Positions 1 through 13,356 of a stretch of 64,000 bases of DNA are shown in pieces. Position 1 is the first letter of the stretch. Each line of letters opens with the position of its first letter. A program made the translations under genes and the position numbers. The stretch comes from Penicillus capitatus. Taxonomy: Eukaryota > Plantae > Chlorophyta. The stretch spans positions 186,001 to 250,000 of the forward strand of contig OZ287707.1 in NCBI GenBank assembly GCA_965649825.1, written 5' to 3'. The notes below the pieces were generated by a model. The model was not told where the DNA came from, searched no databases, and saw only the letters and a program-made list of their open reading frames with translations.

Positions 1-300
1 GCCAAAAGTCTCGTCTCGCTTCCCCCTTTTATTGCTCTTGTTCGACAATCGGGTTTCACAAGTACCCAAGGTGGTTATGAGTTTTCTAACCATACTCTCT
101 AACAGTCGAGAACTTCAGGGCTTGTTCGACAACCATCGCCCTATTGTTATGAGAAAGTTGGCTAGGAGGCTAGCATCCGTCGTAGCTGATGGTCAGTGCG
201 CTGAGGTAGTTACCGTGGCATCGAACCGCTAACGACGGCCACGAACGACGGACTGGGCGCTACATAATCGACAGGATAATTCATCGTACTAGTTGGCAGT
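1..300 (-). pseudogene. Decayed, unidentified ORF-like sequence (TpA-rich relic), truncated by window start
   Basis: One minus-strand frame (MNYPVDYVAPSPSF...KPDCRTRAIKRG) is interrupted by six stops, all TAA/TAG. High TpA density. No family recognised. Confidence 0.25.
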
Positions 301-534
301 CTTTGTGAGTGACAAAAAACAATAAGGAACCAGCGATTTTTTTCGAAGAGTTGACTCATAAGGACATGCGAGGCGAATATTTGCACAAGTCCTGAAAAAG
401 TTCCTAACAGATGGCAGCTATGCCCTTCTGCTCATTTTCTGCCACTGCGTGCCAGTCTCGTCTTCAATCTCCTTCATTCAAAAGCCATTACAGCGATTAC
501 AGTATCTCACAGATTCTTGTTTAACTGCGCGAGC

Positions 535-2330
535 ATGTGTGCTCGTGCGTATCAACCTGCCAGACATACGACGAATGAAAAGTCTGGTGTCGTCCGAATG
601 CGTTCACGCTCGCTGAAGATATCGTTCATCACACGAGAAACGCGAATGCGTTGCACGGCTGATTTCGTTGATCGGCCAGAGCCACTGCATCCTAAGAGTC
701 GTAACAAAAAGAGAACTTCGCTGCGCGAGTTCAGGGTCACGTCTGGATTTGAGTCCCCTTCCTTCAATTTTCATTCATTGCAGGTTTCCAACTTGAAGGA
801 ACAGTTGAACGAAACGTCTGCAAAAGGCGAAGGAATCGAACAAGAAATGACGGAGACGCTCACGGACACTGCTCAAGAGCAAAACCAAATCCATGAGGCG
901 GATGGTATGCACCGTAATTTCACAAATCCGAAATCTGGTTGAAATAAGATGAAGTTCAGGAAGAGGTGCGAGATCGCAGAATCTGTACAAACTACCTGCT
1001 TCGCTGTGCCCTGGTAGTCAGCAGCATAGCTGGGTGAGCGGTCATTTTCCAGAAGACCTCGATCCAACCGACCCATCCGCCTTGCTGCACTGGCTTCAAG
1101 AGAATTCGACGCGACTGCAGATGATCTTCCTGGGAACGAGCAGTTGGTGTCCCACGGACACCCGCAACCTTCCAAGCCTCGCGCTTCGCACAACGGCAGA
1201 TGTCTGGCTGTTTGACACAGGCGAGAAGCAGTGTTGATGACCGTTCCATCTCAGAGTTGGTCCTTAGGGGAAGACACACAGCGACAATGCATGCGACATC
1301 CACTTCTACGGCCAGGCAAAGTCTCGCGCATTTTCCTGACTGGTCTGAGAGGCGATGCCATTTTTGGTCTTCCTGGCATGTTGTGCACCATTGCCACATC
1401 GCGTGATCAAATGGCTGCGCATACAGACCAGCCAGTTCATGTGTATGGTCCGCCGGGGACTGGAAAGTTTCTCGCGAGTCTGCTGGATTTGTCGGAGACG
1501 TTTCTGCGAATGCCTGTCATCATTCACGAGTTCTCCAGCAAACCTCCCTCGCGACGTTTAGAGCTATTGACAAGACGAGCAAAGCTCTGGAAGGTGGATA
1601 TCCCACCCGACCAACTAAACAAGGAAGGATTCTACGATGCAAAACTGGATTCCGTACTGCCTGTGAAGCGAAGACTTGCGAAGAAAGGCAGAAGGAGCAA
1701 CCTTCTGAACACGACAGATGCACGAGCTGGATTTCGGCCTTTTGATTTGCCTCCTCCCGGAGATGCTTCGCTGTAAAGCATAGTATCCATAATCCTTCTT
1801 CTTATGCTTTTTTGCTAGGCATCCAATCCCGGCACGAGCAATCCAATGGACGCTGATGATCAGCGAAGAATTTCTAGTGACTGTGTTTCAGGTAGATGAT
1901 GTGACAGAATCTCTTGGATATCGAATCAGCGAAGCCGACCGAACCGGAGTTTTCTGTGTTGATCGGGCGAAGGCTCTTGGCATCAACCCTGGAAAAGACT
2001 TCGGCGTCCTCAAAAACGGTGAGGCTGTCCTCCGGTATTCTGCACACTGCTGACAGATTGGCAGGTGGGTCCGTTAAGAACAGCAATGGAGAGTTAATCA
2101 CATCTGAGATGGTGCTGGGTCCTGATCGACCTGGACGAACACTTGCCGTCTTTGGAGAAATTTCCGATGTCGACAGATGTCGACCGGTTGCCACGGGCGC
2201 TCATTGCATCGTCCTTCCTGTTGGCAAGGACGCCATACGCCAGAATGGAATCACTCCATCAGAAGCCGTACAGTTCGCTACAGACTGCAGCGCACCAAAC
2301 CTCATTTTCGCACGACATCAGACAACGTAA
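535..2330 (+). CDS. Short-form tRNase Z (metallo-beta-lactamase fold)-like protein with N-terminal extension; catalytic ligands lost (multi-exon)
   Basis: RNase Z motifs in order: FLGTSSWCPTDTRN, WLFDTGE, KVSRIFLTGLRGDAIFGLPGML, VYGPPG, flexible arm ALGINPGKDFGVLKNGEAV...VLGPDRPGR. HxHxDH is replaced by TGLRGDA. Start could be 535 or 598. Confidence 0.85.
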
Positions 2331-2511
2331 CCCACGTTCTGATGTAGAGAGAGGGGATGTATGGATGGTTGCAGGGATCATGAGAGTATGACGTCCATCC
2401 CTTCGTGTCTGGCCGAGACGCGGGTGTCCGTGACATCTGCCTTCGATCTTTACACACATGTGTTTGCCAAACATTAGTACGGAGTGCAAAAAATAAAACA
2501 GATCATGAGTG

Positions 2512-3382
2512 TTAGTTTTTTGTTTTGTTCTTTGGTGCCAGAATCACAGAGAGGTTTCTGCCTTCCATGACGGGCTTTCTCTCCACCACAGCGTTATCGC
2601 CCAGATCATCCATAAATCTCTCCACCAGATCTTCGCCCCCCTCTATGTTCTCCATTTCGCGTGGTCGATATTGGACAATCAGTTTGACGTGATTTCCACG
2701 TCCGATCTCTTCCACGGCCTTGCGTAGGCGTACTTGGTAGTCGTGCGTATCGATAGAGGGACGCATCTTCAGTTCCTTTTGCTCGATTCTGCGTGCCACA
2801 CTCCATCAGATCGCAAAGCATTGCGCATTGCTTGCCTTGCTGCACGTTGTTTCTGGCGCGCGGCCTTTGAACGCTTTTCGAGCTCATACTTGTACTTTCC
2901 CCATTCCATCAATCTGCAGAGGGGCGGATCTGTTTTTTCATTCTGCAGCACAAGATCGACATCGCTTCGATCTGCCATCTTCAGAGCTTCCGATAAAGAA
3001 AAGACGCCCAGCATCTTTTTTTCGCCGTCCAACAGACGAACGGATGGAAATCTGCATCATACGTCGATGATGCTTAAGCAGAGGCCGAGGGTCTGTCACC
3101 TGATTTCTTCGTTAATCTGAATACCCATCTGTTCTCGAACAGAAGTGTAATCCTGATTCCGCCTTCCCGTCCGCCGTGCTGTTTTTTCTGTGGGAAAGGC
3201 AGGTCGCGAAGGACGAAGAGGACCTCGACATTCTACAACCTTTAAAATAAAAGAGATCGCGCGAAACGGGAGGGAGATCCTTAGCAAACCAGGTGCGGCG
3301 TGCGGATGGTGTTTTGCCGACAGGAGACCTGCAGACGCAGACGAGGGTGGTGGGAAACACGATTCAGTCCGCCCGAATACAT
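2512..3382 (-). CDS. infC: Organellar (probably plastid) translation initiation factor IF-3
   Basis: INEEIR, EALKMADRSDVDLVLQNEKTDPPLCRLMEWGKYKYELEKR, MRPSIDTHDYQVRLRKAVEEIGRGNHVK, PVMEGRNLSVILAP; N-terminal transit-like peptide. Confidence 0.92.
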
Positions 3383-3544
3383 CTCCGATAAATAAAGGAG
3401 CGATTAAGCTTAAATCACTACGCGCGCTCACAGAGTTTAACAGAAACAAAATAAATGGAATGATTGTTTTAAGCGATGACAGCCTGTGTGATTAGGCTAT
3501 TTTTCTTCCAGTTCGTGTCTGTTTCCATTTGTAAGCATGCCACC

Positions 3545-3943
3545 TTAGGTTGTTTTAGTAAAGAAGATTCTGTCTGGACAGAAGCGGTCGACCAGGGAGG
3601 ATCCCAGGGAGCGATGAAACATGGTCTTTGAAATCCACACGCTCTTTATGATGTTTCTCTTACACTGAAGGTACAGAAGAAAAAAGAAGAGAAAAAACAC
3701 CGAAGGAATGGGATAAATGAAACGCGCCCAATTCATCACCCTTCCAAAATTTTGATTGAAAACAGACACTACTGTGTAGAATGTGCTGCACAGAAGGATA
3801 CTAGGATCTCCCAACAAAACAATGAAACTTGTACATGTGACAGAGACTTGGTCGAGCGTGTCTAAGAATTGAGCCAGCACCTCCAAGCAAGAGGCTAGAA
3901 CGAAACATCCCAAAAGAAGAAATGCAAACTCATAATCTTGCAA
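3545..3943 (-). CDS. Hypothetical hydrophobic multi-pass membrane protein (5' end unresolved)
   Basis: 132-codon ORF with about 3 hydrophobic stretches. No in-frame ATG and no family recognised; it may be a by-product of T-rich composition. Confidence 0.3.
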   Translation of the reverse strand: MQDYEFAFLLLGCFVLASCLEVLAQFLDTLDQVSVTCTSFIVLLGDPSILLCSTFYTVVSVFNQNFGRVMNWARFIYPIPSVFFLFFFLLYLQCKRNIIKSVWISKTMFHRSLGSSLVDRFCPDRIFFTKTT

Positions 3944-4352
3944 ACTTTATGCTAAACTTTAGGAACGATCAGAACTTTGGGATGCATACTGCCGCAACAT
4001 CGCTTGAAGCGTGTTGACAATTTAGGAATGGATGCATTGGACGCTCCAGAAAATAAAAAAAAGAGATAAACAGAAATGATTCAGATGCTGATTGGTTGTT
4101 GGTTGGATCAATATGACTTGAATCCTTTCACCACAAAGACTACTGCAAAATCTAACATCAAATGTTTATTATTGGTGTGTCTGTAGAAGACTGCACAGTT
4201 AATGAGGATGTCAAATTCTTTTGAGCGACAGGTTAAGAAAAGGAGTGTCGATCACCCAAAAAAGAAAGAAAAACGTTTTCCCCAGCGCGTTTTTTTCCGC
4301 AGCGCTGTAGTCCACGATGTTTGCTTCCTCTAGCATCGACCTCTGCAACAAC

Positions 4353-6083
4353 TCAGTTGCCGGTCCCATCAAACATGTCATCGTCAGTTTCGTTGGTCTT
4401 TGTGTGTGTCATTGGAATAATGTCTGTCGAAACAGTGGAATACTCAGAATCGTTGCTTTCGGTAGTTGTGATACTGGACGTGTCAATCATCCACTTTTTG
4501 TCTCCACTCTTTCTTAATGCTTTCATGACTTCTTGCCTTACAGCCTCTTCAGGATGTCCTTGGATGCGACGCAGTTGTTCAAAGAGTTTCACGATTTTTG
4601 ACCAGTCTCCAGCTTTGCTGTAGTTCTCAATCAGTTCACAGTAGATCGATGGATTACCGGTCAATCCTTGTTCGTGCATGTCAGACAGAATTTTTTCCGC
4701 CAAATCAAAACGCTCGTTGCGTTCAACTGCAGAGAGGATGGAATTGAAGGAGCCTTGGTCTGGCAGCAAGTCTGCTTCCAGCATTTCTTCATAGAGATCC
4801 ATGGCCGTCTTCACAAGGCCACCTCTTTGACAAGCTGTTATGACGGTACTGTATGTAACTTCATTTGGCAGGCAGTCCGGGTTGGACACAGATGCTTTCT
4901 TCATTGCTCTAAAAATCTCGAGTGCTTTTTCCCATTCGCCGGAAGAACTGCAAGCGGCGATCAGTGCACTGTACGTGTAGGTATTTGGCTTGACTCCACG
5001 TACAGATTCCATGGCATCAAAAACTTCAATTGCTTTGTCACATTCGCGAAGGCGCCCACAGAGATTGATCAACGTCGTAAACGCTTGTGCTCGAGGAGCG
5101 AAGGTACACGTTTTCAAGGCTTCGGCAATTTCACCAGAACCTGCTTTCGCCTTGAAAATTGCGCTCTTCAATGTGTCCATATCCCATGGCGCACGTCCCC
5201 CCGCACGAGCTTCATGTTGCTGTTTTCTGTAACTGTCAGTGTCAGATATCTGCTGCGATGTCGCTGAGCGATCTACGGATGTCTTAGATGCGAGCCAGAC
5301 GTTCACACCGTGCTTCAATTCGTCGACAGTGCTTGCCTGATAGAGAATTGGAGGCAACACAGTCTGACCCTTGTGATAAGTGCGCAAGAACAGCACGATG
5401 TCTTGTGCACATCTCCAGTTCGCGGTCTTTTGACAGGAGGACAATGCTGCACGCAGGCTCCACTCGTCAATGGGCACACCAACGTGAATCATTTCTTGAA
5501 AGACTTCCAGGGCTTTGTCATAATAACCACCTTTTTCACAGGCAGAAATAATCGCGCAGAATGTCACTTTGTTGGGATGGCACTGGCTATCAGTTAAGGA
5601 CATGAGCTTCATCAATTCGTAGACTTCAATCGCCTTGAACCACTGTCGAGATGTACTACATGCCGCGATGAGGGCGCTGTACGTGTACGTGTTTGGTCGA
5701 ACATTCCCCAGGAAGTGCATAGCTTCGAAAATCTCTATCGCTTTCTGCCACTCACCAGAGTTTCCGCAGAGTTTGATCAGAGACGTGAAAGCTTGCTCGC
5801 GGGGACTGAAAACGCACGACTGGATAATTTCGCGGACCTGACCTGTACCGGCAACCGCAGCGCTGATTGCTTGCTTCAGCGAAGACATATCCCAACACTG
5901 CACTGTGCCAGGAATGTACGGACGACGCGCTGCTTCTGCATGCGGCGCCAATTGACATGCGGCCAATGCCCACTCTAACTCCTGCATGGCAGCAACGTTG
6001 CTGTTCGCGTTCTGTAGTGCGGCAAAATCAAACGGGTCCGCAACGTGGGAGTATGCGTTGTAGCTTTGGAAACTATCTTCCAT
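4353..6083 (-). CDS. Pentatricopeptide repeat (P-type PPR) protein, single long exon, internally duplicated
   Basis: Repeats such as PNTYTYSALIAACS, PNKVTFCAIISACEKGG, PNEVTYSTVITACQRGG; ATG (MEDSFQ) at 6083. Confidence 0.92.
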   Translation of the reverse strand: MEDSFQSYNAYSHVADPFDFAALQNANSNVAAMQELEWALAACQLAPHAEAARRPYIPGTVQCWDMSSLKQAISAAVAGTGQVREIIQSCVFSPREQAFTSLIKLCGNSGEWQKAIEIFEAMHFLGNVRPNTYTYSALIAACSTSRQWFKAIEVYELMKLMSLTDSQCHPNKVTFCAIISACEKGGYYDKALEVFQEMIHVGVPIDEWSLRAALSSCQKTANWRCAQDIVLFLRTYHKGQTVLPPILYQASTVDELKHGVNVWLASKTSVDRSATSQQISDTDSYRKQQHEARAGGRAPWDMDTLKSAIFKAKAGSGEIAEALKTCTFAPRAQAFTTLINLCGRLRECDKAIEVFDAMESVRGVKPNTYTYSALIAACSSSGEWEKALEIFRAMKKASVSNPDCLPNEVTYSTVITACQRGGLVKTAMDLYEEMLEADLLPDQGSFNSILSAVERNERFDLAEKILSDMHEQGLTGNPSIYCELIENYSKAGDWSKIVKLFEQLRRIQGHPEEAVRQEVMKALRKSGDKKWMIDTSSITTTESNDSEYSTVSTDIIPMTHTKTNETDDDMFDGTGN

Positions 6084-6299
6084 GAGAAACTTGCTTAGTA
6101 AAAGCAAAAAGGTTCCAAGACGTGAAAATGAAGTCAAAGAGACAAGGCGCGCGTGACACTGGTTCATCCATGCTGGCCTATCTCGCCTAAAATACGTCGG
6201 ACAGTACAAATGGCAGCTAATTTCGGCCAACACGAACGAAGGTGACGCGAGGATAACTAACCGTCTGATACAAAACAGCCAACCACGGTGTCACATAGC

Positions 6300-8703
6300 A
6301 TGAGCACCACTGCCTTACGAGGCACAAACTATGCTTTCTCGAGGACCACTGAGTGTCTCGCGCTTCTGACCACGGACGCAAAGTTACGTATCTTCGAAAC
6401 AGGTGCCGCGGGTCTCCCGGTTAGAAGCCCCTATTTTCGTCTTGCTCGCCACAGGATCGGGAAAATGCTTTCTGAATCTACAAAGCCGGCAGAATACCAT
6501 AGATCCACGCTTCTTAAGACATGAGACAAAGAATGCGATGGTGTGGGGTCCGTCCTTGAAGGTCAGCATTGCCTCGTCGCACTCGGAAATCGACGGAGGT
6601 TACGTGTAACAAGGCTGAGAGCGACGGATCGATGCTGCTGTTAGCCAGCAGATATGGAATCGAAGGTGTTGACGTCGAAAGGGGAGAAGTAAAATGGAGA
6701 CTGCAACATGAAAGGTGACATCTCTGAAGGTACCATGATGTCTGGGAAAAGAATCTGGGTTGCCTAGTGGTGTCTCGGCCTTGACGGTCGACATCCAATC
6801 GCAAGGCGTGTTCTTCTGTTCGATGCACGATCGCAGCGGCGGAAGATTGGATGTTTGGAATGGGACCATCGTGGAGACCTTCAAAATGGGAAAACACACA
6901 GGGCACCATCTTCTGGTGCTCAGAGGTCGTTTTCGCCACTGCCTCGATTTGCGGCAACGATCGTGGTCTGCAGGATTGGACAGAATAATGGTGGCCGGGG
7001 CCCAACTGCTTCTTTGGGATGCTGTTCGAAACAAGAAGATCGTGAGATATACTGGACATACAGTTTGTTCGCCATCTGCCTGGGGCCATTCATGATTGAG
7101 TCCCCGTGTTTGTAGACAGATGTTCGTGCATTGGTCGCCAGTCCAATGGGAGAGTACATATTGAGTGGCGCAGAAGATGAGCGCTGTGTCTCTGTATGGA
7201 AGGCTGAGAAAAAAGAGAGAAACGCAGTCTGTCTTCTCTCCATGGAGCATCCAGCCATTCATCTTGATACAGAGATGCTCTTCGGCAGTGAAGATGCCGA
7301 GACAGGGTTTGTCGCACTGGCCGTTTCGGAAACTGGTGTTGTCTATATTTGGCAATGCCGACATGACACCGACCATGCTCTTCGGTCCACTCTCTGGGCC
7401 AAAATTCAGGTCCAGTCCGGGTAACGTGCTCTTACAGCAGCATTTGTGTGACGCTGGATAGATAGGGATGAGATGTGCACAGCAGACAAGGTGCTTTCAG
7501 CCAAGTTGCGAAATCTTTCGGACGATATTTCGGTCGTCGTTGTTCATGGCAGTGCAGCACTGCCAGTCTTTGAGAAGGTTTTTCTGTCTGCGATCCAAGA
7601 CGCCCCTCTTCTGATTGAATTGCAAGCAACTGCATCGACTGTCCTTGCCCGCACTCCACTGCCATCGGCAGACGACGATGGGAAGAAGAAAAGAAAAAGA
7701 GACGTTGCTGTCATAGGAGCCGATAACAGCGGAGATCCCATTCAAATGATCCAATACTCCCAGCCAGCTGCCAAGTGCTCGACCGTACCGCCAGAGGCCA
7801 AAAGCACCGCCGCCTCGGCCAGAGGCCACGGTTGGCAATCAAGTGGTTAAGTCCCGAGACAGTTGGACTGCCTAGATAACAAAATGGAAGATATGACGTT
7901 GGGCGAGCGCTTGCAGCAGTTGGAAAAGAAGATGGATAAGATCGATGGGGAGGAGGAGGCCGATAAGAAATCCATGTCTCTTTCGGCCTCGTCAGCCGCT
8001 GTGTTGATCCATCAGATCAATCAGAGGTAGCCAGCCGCACAGTACGGGTCTCGTTTGAGGGTACAGATTGCAGTGGAGATATGGAACTGTACAATCGTGC
8101 TATGCGATTGCGTGCGGATATCCAAACGGCCACTGCTAAGCAGCTTTCTTCGCGTGATGCCGTTCAATTCCTTCATCGCTGTACCGAGCGACTTCGGCTG
8201 AGACCCAAAGATGCATATCCTGTCATTGGATGGATCCGAGCAATTCTCAAATTCCATGCTGCTTATCTCATGTCATCCCCCGACGCACAGAAAAGCATCT
8301 CCCATGTCTACCAGGTACACCATTGCCTTCCACGCTCAGTCCAAAGGACGGATCTGCCTCAGATGATCGAAACGAGATTAGCCATGTTTGACAGCTTAAT
8401 GTCATTGAGTGGGAGAATCGACCTGCTCTTGACTCAAGTGGAGCAGAAAGAGAAGACAAATGAACTGCCTCTGCAAGAGACGTTGCCTGAAGTACCGACC
8501 TCTACACGAGTTGGAAACGGAGCGAATGAGTGGCCGGTTGTCGCTTTCAGGTGACTGTTGAGATGGATCTTTCAGATGACGAAGCAGAGATCGAAGAACT
8601 GGAGTATGACGAAGGGGATGAGCTGACAAAACAGACAGAAGAAAGCGAAGAGGCGAACGCCTCCACAGAAGAAGCATCTATGACATCGGACGAGGATTTG
8701 TGA
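6300..8703 (+). CDS. WDR43: UTP5/WDR43, SSU processome t-UTP subunit (WD40 + Utp12 domain, acidic tail)
   Basis: N-terminal AFS..LALLTTDAKLRIFET, WD-like exons, C-terminal Utp12-like segment (VIGWIRAILKFHAAYLMS...IETRLAMFDSLMSLSGRIDLLLTQ), acidic C-terminus ending TGA 8701-8703. Confidence 0.85.
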
Positions 8704-9394
8704 AATTCTCCGCACACCATACGAGCGATCTTCCACACGAGATCGCAGAAGACACAGAAATAACGTTTACATGTTAAATGCTCACGAATCCTCAAACTTT
8801 CCACCCCAAAGAGCGCACCAACCATGCAGCAGAGCGAGCAGCACCAGCGTGTCGATGGAGACAGAAGAGAACAGCTATGACATGACGATCATGCTGTTGA
8901 CAGGCGTCTGTCTTCAGAAGGGAATGCGTGGGGAAGACTGTAACTTGGGTAGTCCCGCTTTCTTAGACACGTTGCGTCAGTCTTGGCATACGTTGATTGC
9001 TCAGATGGGTGCGATTTGTGATCACGCTTGTCTCGTGGACGACACCTTCTCCTCCACAACCCGCTCTGAAGGATAACGCACTTCCAATGAGCACAGAAAC
9101 ACAGCAACGAACAGCTAAACCGTGAAATAGACCACGATTTGTGACGCTTCGGCGCACGAGTTCCACAACCTTCGACAGACGGTCGATGGCAGGCAGGCGC
9201 GTCCTCTCTAGCCGCATGTACCGCCGCTGATCCGTGAGCGGATCCGAATCATTCGGTTACGGCGACGTTTAGACACCACCGAATCGATATCTTATAGCTC
9301 AGGGCAGCAGCAGGTTCACGTGGCATAACGTCATGTCTCGTCCGTGTCAACACGCGGTCTGCGCCACGTCGGCCGGTACTTCCTGTCTTTTTCC

Positions 9395-10349
9395 ATGTCC
9401 GAGGCTGAAGCAGGTCCTTCAACCCCGACGCCCATCGCCGCACCTTCTGCATGATCCTTCCCGCCGGCGCAGACGACAAGGACAAATGATAACGAGGAAC
9501 AGGCAGATGGACCGGACACAACAGGCTCCGGCGGAGTCGTGACGGCCGTCCTCACTGTTCTTCTGTCCTTGCCTGCGCTGGGTACCTCCCCTACTGCACG
9601 AACTGCCTCGCACGAGTGTCGACTGTTTTAGTGGGAAGCTGATGTTGGCCGCTCCTGTTGGCAGGTCTTGGCCTAGATGTGTGAGGATGGATTTCAGGTA
9701 GAGGCTGTTTGACATTTAGGCGTCATCAACGTCGCCGTGTCTTCGGGAGCGCGTCATCTTTCGCACACTTATGGAATGGCAGTGACTCTTGTCTTGTCGA
9801 CGAATTTGACACAGTACGTGTATTGGAAATCACGGACACGAAGGTGCCCCCTTCTCTTTCTTCCCTTTCTCTGCAGCTTCTCTACAGTGGTAGTCATTTG
9901 AATCGCTATGGTCCTACCTACCTGCTGCTCTTGTCCGTTCCGCTGACGACAGTTGATTATGTCCGGCATACGATTCTAGGTAAATCTATGCGCTGATGAA
10001 ATCGCTCTGAGAATGACGGGAATGGTGTGCCATCGTAGACAATCATTTACCCGCAGCAAAGCATCTGAGCATGTACAAGCGTGATTGCTCAACACAGTAT
10101 GGTCTGCCCGACTTCGAGTGTCTATCGGTGGTCGGATGGACGATCACCATCATCTGTACCTATACTGGATACATCTGTCTGATCGTGGGAATGCTGTGGG
10201 CCGTCGATATCAAACAGAAAATCGTTCGAGCGTACCGATCGATCCGCGAAGCCCAGCGGAGAGCCAAAGAGCGAAAACAAGCATCCAATGAAGAAACGGA
10301 GAATCAATCACTTCTGTCCGAAATCTCGGTATCTGACGACGTTTCGTAA
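9395..10349 (+). CDS. Small multi-pass membrane protein of unknown function (multi-exon; 5' end uncertain)
   Basis: Spliced reading GVINVAVSSGARHLSHTYGMAVTLVLSTNLTQYVYWKSRTR/SGSHLNRYGPTYLLLLSVPLTTVDYVRHTIL/...FECLSVVGWTITIICTYTGYICLIVGMLWAVDIK; clean GT-AG introns. Confidence 0.6.
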
Positions 10350-10627
10350 ACTGCCTGTCCATCAAGGGACGAGTTATGACGCATCACGTATTCCCTCCAT
10401 CGAATACGTGGCGCTGATGCCCACTCGTCTCTTGCCATTCATACCAGTGACGCTGTTCAAGAGTATATTTAAGTTTAGACGGAAATCGAATGGCGCGTGC
10501 GTGATTGAGTGTGATATATTCATTCATCATTTCTGCAAAGATGTGGATACCATCTCTTTGATGCCATGCCTTCCGACGTCCCGTCATCTTCCAGATTCCG
10601 CTACGACGCGATTGTGCCTCGAGCGAA

Positions 10628-12265
<1,638 letters not shown>

Positions 12266-12575
12266 AGATGAAACTGCATATGTAGCAATGCCTTCTTCTG
12301 TGTCATATCAAATCCGTTTAAGATGAGCCGACGTTACAAAGAATCGTGGCGGCCTCTCTTGGCAATGGTCCGCACACTTTTGCCCAAAACGACGCCAGTC
12401 ACGAAACAATTCTTGTGTAAGGAAGAAGGTATCACTCACGCTTCACCGCCATTTCGCTTTTATGGTCGGAATGAATCTCCCATAGCTCCAAAATTATTAT
12501 CGCTGATATCTGCCTCTCTAGGAATAGGTGGACAGCGCAGATGGCGCCGTCGCAGTAATGGAAGATCTTGAAGCT

Positions 12576-13270
12576 TTATGCAACAGACAGCTTCTTCTGT
12601 TTGGACTTGGTCGTGCTGTTGTAGTTCTTGGATCGCCTTGCTTTCTGTCTCTTCTTCTCACCATCCTGCAAACACCTCCTTCAACAGATCACACAAACAG
12701 GCAACGCCAGTACTTCATCATCAGAATCGCCAAGCTCTCGAATCTTGAACTGAGGCTCGGAAGGCAAACCACCACCTCCACCACCACCAGGACCACAGCC
12801 GCCTCCACCGCCGCCGCCTCCACCGCCGCCGCCTCCACCGCCGCCTCCGAAGTTGCCGTTGAAGAATCCACCGCCTCCCGAGCTCTCGAGATACATGTAG
12901 ATTCCGAGGAATCCGAGATTCAGGGCGACATTGCGTGCAATGTTGCCGCCCCATCCACCGCCACCTCCTCCTTCGTCTGGAGACTTGGGTGGGGTCATAG
13001 GTGGACCTGTCGTGCGTTTTTTCGTCGTGGTTGGACTGGTTTGCGACTCCCCAAAGATCCGAGTCCTGTTCAAACGCAGAGAGCGAAAGGGACGTGACGT
13101 CGTCCACTGTGCCTACAGCATCATCACCTCGTCCATTCACGGTCTTTCTGAGATGCACAAACCCGTGGGGCATGGCGCATCGACATACGCGTTTCATTCG
13201 CTGTACCACGCACAAGGCGTGAAGGCGGACTACACCATGTCGTGGCTTGCATGCCAATACTGAACGGCAT
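12576..13270 (-). CDS. Glycine-rich, probably plastid-targeted membrane protein (3' end uncertain)
   Basis: Transit-like MPFSIGMQATTWCSPPSRLVRG...RVCAS, intron 13109-13062 region, Gly tracts flanking the hydrophobic segment NVALNLGFLGIYMYL. Confidence 0.6.
12801..12845 (+). repeat. 15-bp tandem repeat (gcctccaccgccgcc)x3 encoding poly-Gly on the minus strand
   Basis: Three exact adjacent copies, directly visible. Confidence 0.9.
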
Positions 13271-13356
13271 GGATGTCAGACAGAAGAACGAAAACGCAAA
13301 ATGAGACACGTTCGTATCATTACGTGTCTCAGCGTTGGCGGCTTTCCAAACGCGAG

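Noticed and set aside
8771-9330. Short ORFs on both strands between UTP5 and the membrane gene
   Set aside because: No recognisable motif or consistent exon chain.
9452-9454. In-frame TGA between ATG 9395 and the membrane-protein exons (selenocysteine/readthrough?)
   Set aside because: No redox context or SECIS seen; a phase-1 GT-AG intron (about 9414-9507) removes it.
12528-13257. Long antisense ORFs over Gly-rich, PPR and other coding regions
   Set aside because: Shadow ORFs of real genes on the opposite strand.
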